From NCBI GenBank assembly GCA_039584325.1, contig JBDGYA010000004.1, positions 17,669 to 81,668 on the forward strand: 64,000 nucleotides of DNA. Direction: 5' to 3'. Shown piece after piece: positions 1 through 7,021 of this stretch. A program made the translations under genes and the position numbers. Within the stretch, counting starts at the first letter, position 1, and every line of letters begins with the position of its first letter. The stretch comes from Gemmatimonadota bacterium (GTDB taxonomy: Bacteria; Gemmatimonadota; Gemmatimonadetes; Gemmatimonadales; GWC2-71-9). The notes beneath the pieces were generated by a model. The model was not told where the DNA came from and searched no databases. It was given only the letters and a program-made list of their open reading frames with translations.

Positions 1-1
1 G

Positions 2-163
2 CCCGACGGTCCGGTCATCGTGCGCGGACGGTTCCGCTTGGTGGACGGTCAGGGACGCGACCTGGGCGTACGCGAGAAGGCGGTGTTCTGTCGGTGTGGC
101 CGGTCGTCGAACAAGCCGTTCTGCGATGGCTCGCACGTGTCGGCCAGCTTCACGACCGACTGA
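2..163 (+). CDS. CDGSH-type iron-sulfur domain protein, C-terminal fragment (5' end outside window)
   Basis: Frame 2 reads ...REKAVFCRCGRSSNKPFCDGSHVSASFTTD and stops at TGA 161-163. The C-x-C-x2-S-x3-P-x-CDGSH string is the CDGSH 2Fe-2S signature. It is missing from the ORF track because it has no start inside the window. Confidence 0.75.
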   Translation, partial: PDGPVIVRGRFRLVDGQGRDLGVREKAVFCRCGRSSNKPFCDGSHVSASFTTD

Positions 164-177
164 GGGAGATCTCACGG

Positions 178-810
178 ATGTACGTGGGCAGCGAATGGGA
201 CGCGCGCTACGGCAAGTCGGGTTACACCTACGGCACCGAACCCAATGGCTTTCTCCGATCCGTGATCGACGCGATCCCTCTCGGGCGCATTCTGAGTCTC
301 GGCGAGGGAGAAGGCCGCAATGCGGTGTTCCTGGCCGAGCACGGATGCGATGTTCTAGGCGTGGATGCATCTTCGGTGGGACTCTCCAAGGCACAGTCGC
401 TAGCGAAGGAGCGTGGCGTCCACATTCGAACTGAGGTGCGCGACATCCGCGAGTATCCGATAGCTCCAACATGCTGGGACGGCATTCTCTCGATCTTCTG
501 TCACCTGCCGGCCAACGTGCGTCATACCGTCCATCAGCGTGTCGTGTCCGGTCTCAAGCCGGGCGGCGTATTCGTGCTCGAGGCCTATACCCCAAGGCAA
601 CTCGAGTACGGCACCGGCGGTCCCCCCGTGCGTGAGCTGCTCGTGACGCTCGACGAGCTCCGCGGCGAGCTGGAGGGACTACGGTTCGACATCGCACGGG
701 AGATCGAGCGGGAAGTACGCGAGGGACGACTCCACGGCGGGATGGGCGCGGTGGTACAGGTCTTCGCCGTCAAGCCACCGGACGACCGACCCCCCCAGAA
801 CCGATCGTGA
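178..810 (+). CDS. class I SAM-dependent methyltransferase (TehB-like)
   Basis: ORF 94..810 carries SAM motif I, ILSLGEGEGRNAVFLAEHGCDVLGVD. I prefer the ATG at 178 because 94-163 overlaps the CDGSH gene in another frame. Confidence 0.8.
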   Translation: MYVGSEWDARYGKSGYTYGTEPNGFLRSVIDAIPLGRILSLGEGEGRNAVFLAEHGCDVLGVDASSVGLSKAQSLAKERGVHIRTEVRDIREYPIAPTCWDGILSIFCHLPANVRHTVHQRVVSGLKPGGVFVLEAYTPRQLEYGTGGPPVRELLVTLDELRGELEGLRFDIAREIEREVREGRLHGGMGAVVQVFAVKPPDDRPPQNRS

Positions 811-1784
811 TCGTGTCGACGACGTGGATCTCGCTGCTCGTACTCGCCGCGATGCTCGCCGCCTGCACCGGCGAGCGTGGGGAATCTCTCGGGATTCCGC
901 TCGAGTGGACGGCCGTGGACTCGGTGAACGCGCAGCTGCCTAGCGGCATCCGGGTGTATGCCGGGCACAATGCTGCGCTCCCGCTCCGCGCGTGGTACGT
1001 GAGTATCGCGGAACGGCAGTCCGACCTGGAGACGCGGGTGGTGGTCTCGGACGATCCCGAGGACCGTCGCGAGACGGTGAGCAGTTTTGCCACGTTGCCG
1101 GATGCGTGCGTGGCGGCCAATGCCGGTTACTTCGCCATGAATCGCACGCCAGCTGTACATGCCGGCCTCCTGTTCGGCGACGGCGCTGTGCACACCCCGG
1201 CGACCCGCACCGTCACGCGGGATTCCGTTTCCTACCCAGTGGCCCGCGCCGCCATCGGGTTTGGCGACGACGACCGGGTCGAGCTGGCCTGGGTCACCAC
1301 GCGCAACGACAGCCTGTTCGCCTGGACCGCGCCACCCGACCATCGGCCCGGCCTCCCCGCCGAGCTCGCGGCGGCATGGCCGGAGGCGCCGTGGGACGTG
1401 CGCGATGCCGTGAGCGCCGGCCCCATGCTCTTGTGGCAGGGCGACGTACGGGTGACGGCGGATGAGGAGGTGTTCTTTGGTAGCGCCATCCCGGAGGTGC
1501 ACCCTCGCACTGCCGCCGGCCGGACCGTAGACGGCCAGCTCATCATCCTCGTGGTGGATGGCAGACAGCTCGAGAGTCGCGGCGTCAGTCTCGAGGAGCT
1601 GGCGGGTATCATGCGCGACCTGGGCGTCGTCGACGCACTCAACCTGGACGGCGGCGGCTCGTCGGCACTCGTCGTCGGAGGAACGCTGCTCAACCGGCCG
1701 ACCGGCAGGACCGCCGAGCGGGAGGTCATGTCTGCCCTGGTCACCTTCTGCTCCCGGACCCCCGACGCAGGCATGGCACCATGA
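807..1784 (+). CDS. phosphodiester glycosidase family protein (DUF2233/NAGPA-like), probable lipoprotein
   Basis: N-terminal signal peptide with an LAAC lipobox. The ALNLDGGGSSALVV motif is typical of the family. The GTG start overlaps the upstream stop (GTGA). Confidence 0.75.
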   Translation: MIVSTTWISLLVLAAMLAACTGERGESLGIPLEWTAVDSVNAQLPSGIRVYAGHNAALPLRAWYVSIAERQSDLETRVVVSDDPEDRRETVSSFATLPDACVAANAGYFAMNRTPAVHAGLLFGDGAVHTPATRTVTRDSVSYPVARAAIGFGDDDRVELAWVTTRNDSLFAWTAPPDHRPGLPAELAAAWPEAPWDVRDAVSAGPMLLWQGDVRVTADEEVFFGSAIPEVHPRTAAGRTVDGQLIILVVDGRQLESRGVSLEELAGIMRDLGVVDALNLDGGGSSALVVGGTLLNRPTGRTAEREVMSALVTFCSRTPDAGMAP

Positions 1785-3238
1785 GTGACAGTGCGCCGTT
1801 GCACATGAGTCCGGAGGAGTTCCGGCGGGCAGGGTATGCCGTGATTGACTGGGTTGCCCGCTACATGGAAGAGATCGAGCGCTTTCCAGTGCTCGCGCGA
1901 GTCGAGCCCGGGGATGTGCGGGCACGACTCCCCGCTGCGCCTCCGGCGTCGGGCGAATCGTGGAAGCGAATCCTCGAGGACCTGGACACCATCGTGTTGC
2001 CAGGCATCACCCACTGGCAGTCGCCCAACTTCTTCGGCTACTTCCCCGCGAACGCCTCTCCTCCGGCAATCCTGGGCGATCTCATCTCCTCGGGACTCGG
2101 CGTGCAGGGAATGATGTGGCTCACCAGTCCCGCGTGCACCGAGCTCGAGGCCCACGTCCTCGACTGGCTCGTCGACGTGCTCCGCCTTCCCCCGCGGTTC
2201 AAGTCCACGAGCACCGGCGGAGGCGTCATTCAGGACACGGCGTCTTCGGCGACGCTCTGTGCACTCCTGGCGGCCCGCGAACGCGCGTCCGATTACGCCA
2301 GCAACGACGCGGGACTGGACCGCCGGCTGACCGTCTACGCCTCGGCCCAGGCGCACTCGTCCATGGAGAAGGCGGTGGCGATCGCCGGCATCGGCCGCCG
2401 TCATCTCCGGCTCATCGACACCGATGCAGCTCACGCGATGCGGCCCGACCTCCTGACGACGGCCATCGCGGCCGACCGGGCGGCTGGCTGCTCGCCGTGC
2501 TTCGTCTGCGCGACGCTGGGTAGTACGTCCTCGACAGCCATCGACCCCGTTCCAGCCATCGGAGCGATCTGCCGCGAGCACGACCTCTGGTTACACGTCG
2601 ATGCCGCCCTGGCCGGGAATGCGGCCGTCTGTCCGGAGTTCCAGTGGCTCCATGACGGGATGGAGCTCGCCGACAGCTACTGTTTCAATCCCCACAAGTG
2701 GCTGCTCACCAACTTCGACTGCGATTGCTTCTACGTGGCCGATCGGGCGGCGCTCATCAATACCCTGTCGGTGCTGCCGGAGTATCTGCGCAATCGGGCC
2801 ACGGAGTCCGGCGCCGTGACCGATTATCGGGATTGGCACGTGCCCCTCGGACGCCGCTTCCGTGCACTCAAGCTGTGGTTCGTCATTCGGCATTACGGAG
2901 TGGATGGCCTGCAGCACCATATCCGGTCCCACGTCGCGCTCGCCCGCGAGTTCGCAGGCTGGGTGCAGGCCGACCCGGACTTCGAGGTCGTCGCGCCAGT
3001 GCCGTTGAACCTGGTGTGCTTCCGCCACCGGGCCGGTGACGCCATGAACGAGCGGCTGCAACAGACGGTGAACGCCTCCGGCGAGATCTTTCTCACGCAT
3101 ACCAGGCTCGACGGCCGCTGGGTCCTGCGCCTCGCGATCGGCGGGACGTATACCGAGCGGCGCCACGTCGAGACCGCCTGGGAGCTGCTGCGAACCGCAG
3201 CCGCGAACCTCGAGACCGACGGCCGGGAGGATTCCTGA
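1781..3238 (+). CDS. PLP-dependent group II decarboxylase (aromatic-L-amino-acid / tyrosine decarboxylase-like)
   Basis: 485 aa with HWQSPNFFGYFP, SSATLCALLAARE and the PLP-lysine motif NPHKWL. ATGA overlap with the upstream gene. Confidence 0.85.
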   Translation: MSDSAPLHMSPEEFRRAGYAVIDWVARYMEEIERFPVLARVEPGDVRARLPAAPPASGESWKRILEDLDTIVLPGITHWQSPNFFGYFPANASPPAILGDLISSGLGVQGMMWLTSPACTELEAHVLDWLVDVLRLPPRFKSTSTGGGVIQDTASSATLCALLAARERASDYASNDAGLDRRLTVYASAQAHSSMEKAVAIAGIGRRHLRLIDTDAAHAMRPDLLTTAIAADRAAGCSPCFVCATLGSTSSTAIDPVPAIGAICREHDLWLHVDAALAGNAAVCPEFQWLHDGMELADSYCFNPHKWLLTNFDCDCFYVADRAALINTLSVLPEYLRNRATESGAVTDYRDWHVPLGRRFRALKLWFVIRHYGVDGLQHHIRSHVALAREFAGWVQADPDFEVVAPVPLNLVCFRHRAGDAMNERLQQTVNASGEIFLTHTRLDGRWVLRLAIGGTYTERRHVETAWELLRTAAANLETDGREDS

Positions 3239-3633
3239 TGCGGCGCGTCGGCGGGACGCCGCGGCTCTACCGCTGGCTCCTCATCATCGGCACGGTGGCA
3301 CTCCTGGCCCCCGCCATGCTCACGTACTCGGCAGCCAGCACGGTGGCCGCACGCCGCGAGCGGGTCGACGGGCTCCAGCAGCAGGTCGACTCACTGGACA
3401 CGAGGCGAGCGGATGCCGAAGCGGACGACGATCCACGCCTGGCCGAATACGAGCGTGACCTCGCGCGGAGCACCGGCGCCCTCGAGCGTGCGCAGCAGCA
3501 ACTCACCCGAGCACAACGAGCACAGGACTCGCTGTGGCGACTCGACGGGCGTGGGCCCGTACTCCTCTTCGCCGCCATTCTGCTGCTCCTGCTGGGATAC
3601 CGCCTGCGCCGCTTCGAGCAGTTCGGCGAGTGA
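3238..3633 (+). CDS. hypothetical membrane protein with central coiled-coil segment
   Basis: 131 aa with hydrophobic helices at both ends flanking a charged Q/R/E/D-rich stretch. The ATG shares a base with the upstream TGA (TGATG). No family recognised. Confidence 0.5.
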   Translation: MRRVGGTPRLYRWLLIIGTVALLAPAMLTYSAASTVAARRERVDGLQQQVDSLDTRRADAEADDDPRLAEYERDLARSTGALERAQQQLTRAQRAQDSLWRLDGRGPVLLFAAILLLLLGYRLRRFEQFGE

Positions 3634-3657
3634 GCAGGGATCCACCGGAGGCCTGGC

Positions 3658-4182
3658 ATGTCATTCAGCGTCCTTGCAGCAACCGCGATCCTCCGTCGCA
3701 CTCCCCCCACCCTCGAGGCACTCCTGACCGGACTGCCGGCGGAGTGGTGGCAGGCTACCGAGGGGCGCGAGACGTGGAGCGCCTTCGATGTCGTGGGTCA
3801 TCTGATCCATGGCGAGCGGGCCGACTGGATTCCCAGGGCCCGCATCATTCTCGAGCACGGCGAGGCACACCCGTTCGAGCCCTTCGACCGGTTCGCTCAG
3901 CGCACGGCGTCACGTGGACTGTCGCTGGAAGACCTGCTCACGGAGTTTCGCCAGCTGCGCACGGACAATGTGGCCACCCTGGAGGCATGGCAGCTCACCG
4001 ACACCGAACTCGGCCGAACAGGTACCCACCCCGAGTTCGGTCGCGTCACGTTGCGACAACTTATCGCCACCTGGACCGTGCACGATCTCAACCACCTCGG
4101 CCAGATCGCGCGGACAATGGCCCGACGCTACGGGGAAGAGGTTGGCCCATGGGCGCGGTACCTGCGCATCCTGAGAGCGTAG
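3658..4182 (+). CDS. DinB family protein
   Basis: 174 aa. The histidine pattern WSAFDVVGHLIHGE ... HDLNHLGQI is typical of DinB/YfiT-like helical-bundle proteins. Confidence 0.7.
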   Translation: MSFSVLAATAILRRTPPTLEALLTGLPAEWWQATEGRETWSAFDVVGHLIHGERADWIPRARIILEHGEAHPFEPFDRFAQRTASRGLSLEDLLTEFRQLRTDNVATLEAWQLTDTELGRTGTHPEFGRVTLRQLIATWTVHDLNHLGQIARTMARRYGEEVGPWARYLRILRA

Positions 4183-4220
4183 TTGGCAGATCCTCGGTCC
4201 ACCGACCGCCGAGGTGGCCT

Positions 4221-4976
4221 CTAGGATCCAACCCGACGGCGTCGAAGTAGACGACCCGCCAGGTCCCACGGCCGTCGCAGCAGACGACCCGCGAGGTCCC
4301 GCAGCCGGCCCACAGCAGGGGAACGCGATTGGGACGGTGCGAGGCGCGCGATGTCCTCGTGCAGTTCCTCTCCCACGGCCTCCTGTCGATCAACCCACGC
4401 CGCGAGGGTGCGGCTGAGCCGCACCCGCTCATGCCGCGTCAATACCCCGGTGTCGAGCCAGGTCTCGATGACCGAGACCCACCGGCGCGCATCTGCATCC
4501 GATTGGAGCGATCCGAGGGGCAGTGCCAGCCGCCCGCTCGCTCCTTCATACTGCCTCAGGAACCGGCGCACCGAGCGAGGAGCAAGTAGGGCGAGCACCG
4601 CGATTCCCCAGGTCACGGCCGCCGTCAGGGCTGCGGTCAGCCACTCCCGATCGAGATCGGCGACGAACAGGAGCCACCCCGCGCCAGCCCCGTATCCGAG
4701 GACGGCCAGCCATCGTCGCCCCGGCACACCCGAGAACACGAGGCCACCGGCCACGAGGCTGAAGCCCACCAGCCCGAGCGGAGCCCACGCCGGCCCGAAT
4801 AACTCGAGCACGCCGTCTTCGAGGTCGTACTCGAGCGACACGAGCACGGCAACCAGCAGGACCGCGGCGCCGGCAGTGGCAAGCGCTACAGCCCCGGCGG
4901 CGATCCACCTTCCGGACGCATCTCGCTCTGCCCCATGGGCGACGGTGCGAACCTCGGACACTGAGCTTCCTCTCAT
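4221..4976 (-). CDS. hypothetical integral membrane protein
   Basis: 251 aa with several hydrophobic segments and an Arg-rich C-terminus containing a duplicated DLAGRLLRR motif. No family recognised. Confidence 0.5.
   Translation of the reverse strand: MRGSSVSEVRTVAHGAERDASGRWIAAGAVALATAGAAVLLVAVLVSLEYDLEDGVLELFGPAWAPLGLVGFSLVAGGLVFSGVPGRRWLAVLGYGAGAGWLLFVADLDREWLTAALTAAVTWGIAVLALLAPRSVRRFLRQYEGASGRLALPLGSLQSDADARRWVSVIETWLDTGVLTRHERVRLSRTLAAWVDRQEAVGEELHEDIARLAPSQSRSPAVGRLRDLAGRLLRRPWDLAGRLLRRRRVGS
4247..4312. repeat. imperfect 33-nt tandem duplication inside the 3' end of CDS 4221..4976
   Basis: Unit 1 is gtagacgacccgccaggtcccacggccgtcgca (4247-4279). Unit 2 is gcagacgacccgcgaggtcccgcagccggccca (4280-4312). 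They match at 26 of 33 positions and encode the duplicated DLAGRLLRR peptide on the minus strand. Confidence 0.7.
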
Positions 4977-5118
4977 GATCTCATCATAGTACGGCCCGGC
5001 CCGCTCGTCATACGTCCATTGGACAGATGCGGACGCGCGACCGATGGTTGCAGTGAGTCCCGTCCGGGATCATGAGCGCACGCGTGTGTTACCCAGAGGC
5101 TCCCGGCCTAGAGCGGAC

Positions 5119-5148
5119 TTGACAGATGACATATCACAGTGATATCAT
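5119..5148 (+). promoter_or_regulatory. sigma70-like promoter (TTGACA-N18-TATCAT) upstream of the SPFH gene
   Basis: TTGACA at 5119-5124 and TATCAT at 5143-5148, inside an AT-rich island of an otherwise GC-rich sequence. Sequence pattern only. Confidence 0.45.
5131..5145. promoter_or_regulatory. 15-bp perfect palindrome ATATCAC-A-GTGATAT overlapping the promoter spacer and -10 (operator candidate)
   Basis: Read directly from the sequence. The 7-bp arms are exact reverse complements around a single central base. Confidence 0.5.
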
Positions 5149-5174
5149 TCCGATACCATACACGGGAGACTTCA

Positions 5175-6044
5175 ATGATCCGAGAGAAGGCACGGCCTGC
5201 GGCATCCGGCTACATCGCTCTGGTCGGATTGCTCATTGCCCTCGCGGTGGTGATCTGGTGGTTCGTCGCGGCCATCACCGCAGAGAGTCCAGTACAGATC
5301 ATCGTCTCGACGGTGGCGGCGGTCATAGTGTTTTTCCTGATGGCGGGCCTCTTCGTGGTAAACCCCAACGAAGCCCGCGTGTTGCAGTTGTTCGGGGAAT
5401 ACGTGGGGACCGCGAAGACCATGGGATTGCGGTACGCCAACCCGTTCTACACGAAGCGCAAGATCTCCATCCGCGTCCGGAACTTCGAGACCGGCAAGCT
5501 CAAGGTGAACGACGTCCACGGCAACCCGATCGAGATTGCGGCGGTAGTCGTATGGCGGGTGATTGACACGGCCGAGGCCCTGTTCGAGGTGGACGATTAC
5601 GAGGAGTACGTGCACGTGCAGAGCGAGTCGGCAGTGCGCGGGCTTGCCACGCGGTACGCGTACGACGCCCACGACACCGACGAGATGGCGTTGACGACCC
5701 ACACGACCGAGATCGCCGAACAGCTGCTGACCGAGACTCAGGCGCGGCTGGACAAGGCTGGGGTCGAGGTGCTCGAGTCACGGATCAGCCACCTGGCGTA
5801 CGCTCCGGAGATCGCCCACGCGATGCTCCAGCGGCAGCAGGCGAGCGCGGTGATCGCGGCTCGCCGAAAGATCGTCGACGGCGCCGTCGGCATGGTGGAG
5901 ATGGCGCTGGAGCAGCTGTCCGAAAAGGCCATCATCCAGCTGGACGAGGAGCGCCAGGCCTCGATGGTCAGCAATCTCCTGGTCGTGCTCTGCTCCGATC
6001 GCGGTACGCAGCCCGTCGTGAACACCGGATCGCTCTACCAGTAG
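5175..6044 (+). CDS. SPFH/band 7 domain protein
   Basis: ORF 5139..6044 has an N-terminal TM helix followed by an SPFH-like core ([16 protein letters not shown]...[19 protein letters not shown]). I prefer the ATG at 5175, preceded by GGGAGA, because the GTG at 5139 lies inside the predicted promoter. Confidence 0.8.
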   Translation: MIREKARPAASGYIALVGLLIALAVVIWWFVAAITAESPVQIIVSTVAAVIVFFLMAGLFVVNPNEARVLQLFGEYVGTAKTMGLRYANPFYTKRKISIRVRNFETGKLKVNDVHGNPIEIAAVVVWRVIDTAEALFEVDDYEEYVHVQSESAVRGLATRYAYDAHDTDEMALTTHTTEIAEQLLTETQARLDKAGVEVLESRISHLAYAPEIAHAMLQRQQASAVIAARRKIVDGAVGMVEMALEQLSEKAIIQLDEERQASMVSNLLVVLCSDRGTQPVVNTGSLYQ

Positions 6045-6051
6045 GGGTGAC

Positions 6052-6249
6052 GTGCCTGAGCGGAAGGCGTTTCTGCTGCGGCTGGACCCGCGGACCTACG
6101 ACGCACTCGAGCGGTGGGCCAAGGACGAGCTGCGCAGCGTGAACGGGCAGATCGAGTTTCTGCTCAGGCGGGCGCTGCAGGGAGCCGGGCGGGCAAAGGA
6201 GGACGCGGAGGATCGGAGGATTGTAGGCTCGGGGGATCGCGGGCAGTGA
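6052..6249 (+). CDS. Arc/MetJ-type ribbon-helix-helix DNA-binding protein
   Basis: 65 aa. [38 protein letters not shown] matches the RHH beta-strand/helix/helix pattern. It begins 8 nt after the SPFH stop. Confidence 0.6.
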   Translation: MPERKAFLLRLDPRTYDALERWAKDELRSVNGQIEFLLRRALQGAGRAKEDAEDRRIVGSGDRGQ

Positions 6250-6292
6250 CGTAGAGCAAAGCGCGATCGCTCGATCCTTCGATCCACCGATC

Positions 6293-6829
6293 CTACTTCA
6301 CCAGCGCTTCGATGTCCCCCACGGCCTGCTCGAGGATCTTGCGCACCTGTTTCTGTTTCGGCTCGTCTTCGCGGAGCTTCCACGTCGCGCGATACGCCTG
6401 TGTCACGAGACGTCCGACCAGTCGGGTCACCTCCGGCATCGGATCGCTCAACAGGCTATCGATCGTCTCCTCGACCCGGTCGAAGATGTCCTCGACCGTC
6501 GACTTGTGCTCGTCGAGGAACGCCTGGCCTGCGTCGGTGATGTGGTAGACCTTCTTGCCCTCCTGCTCCTCGCAGCGGACGAGCCCCTCATCCTCGAGCC
6601 ATTGGAGCGTGGGATACACGGTACCCGGAGACGGCTTGTAGCAGCCCTGGGTGTGCTCCTCCAGCGCCTTCATGACCTCGTAGCCGTGCATCGGCTTGTC
6701 ACGCAGGAGCTTCAGAATCACGTACTTCATGTCCCCAGGCTCGAACCAGACCCGTCGGCGACGCCCTCCTTCGCCCCGAAAACCCCAGAAGTTCGGGCCA
6801 AAGCCGAATTTCCATGCATTACCGCTCAT
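6293..6829 (-). CDS. PadR family transcriptional regulator
   Basis: The winged-helix core is DMKYVILKLLRDKPMHGYEVMKALEEHTQGCYKPSPGTVYPTLQWLEDEGLV. I chose the ATG at 6829 (MSGNAW...). The GTG at 6868 is an alternative. Confidence 0.85.
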   Translation of the reverse strand: MSGNAWKFGFGPNFWGFRGEGGRRRRVWFEPGDMKYVILKLLRDKPMHGYEVMKALEEHTQGCYKPSPGTVYPTLQWLEDEGLVRCEEQEGKKVYHITDAGQAFLDEHKSTVEDIFDRVEETIDSLLSDPMPEVTRLVGRLVTQAYRATWKLREDEPKQKQVRKILEQAVGDIEALVK

Positions 6830-6866
6830 TGCACACCTCTCGTCGAGACCTACCCGAAACATCGGC

Positions 6867-6899
6867 ACGTAACTTACGTTCCGTAATATCGCGCGATAT
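6867..6899. promoter_or_regulatory. two perfect palindromes upstream of padR (operator candidates)
   Basis: ACGTAA-C-TTACGT at 6867-6879 and ATATCGCGCGATAT at 6886-6899. Both lie in the divergent padR / M14 peptidase intergenic region. Confidence 0.4.
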
Positions 6900-7021
6900 G
6901 TCGTGGCGTCAACCCCTGGCTGGACTCGGGGCGGGTGTTGCGACTCGCGCGGGACCCTCCCGTCAGGTAGGTTTTGCCCCCGTCACCCTCAACCATCGGC
7001 CGTCTCCCAGGAATCGACCCC

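Noticed and set aside
5126-5174. Upstream starts for the SPFH region (ATG 5126 ORF in another frame, and the GTG at 5139).
   Set aside because: Both lie inside the predicted promoter and palindrome. The 5126 ORF has no family signature and overlaps the SPFH frame.
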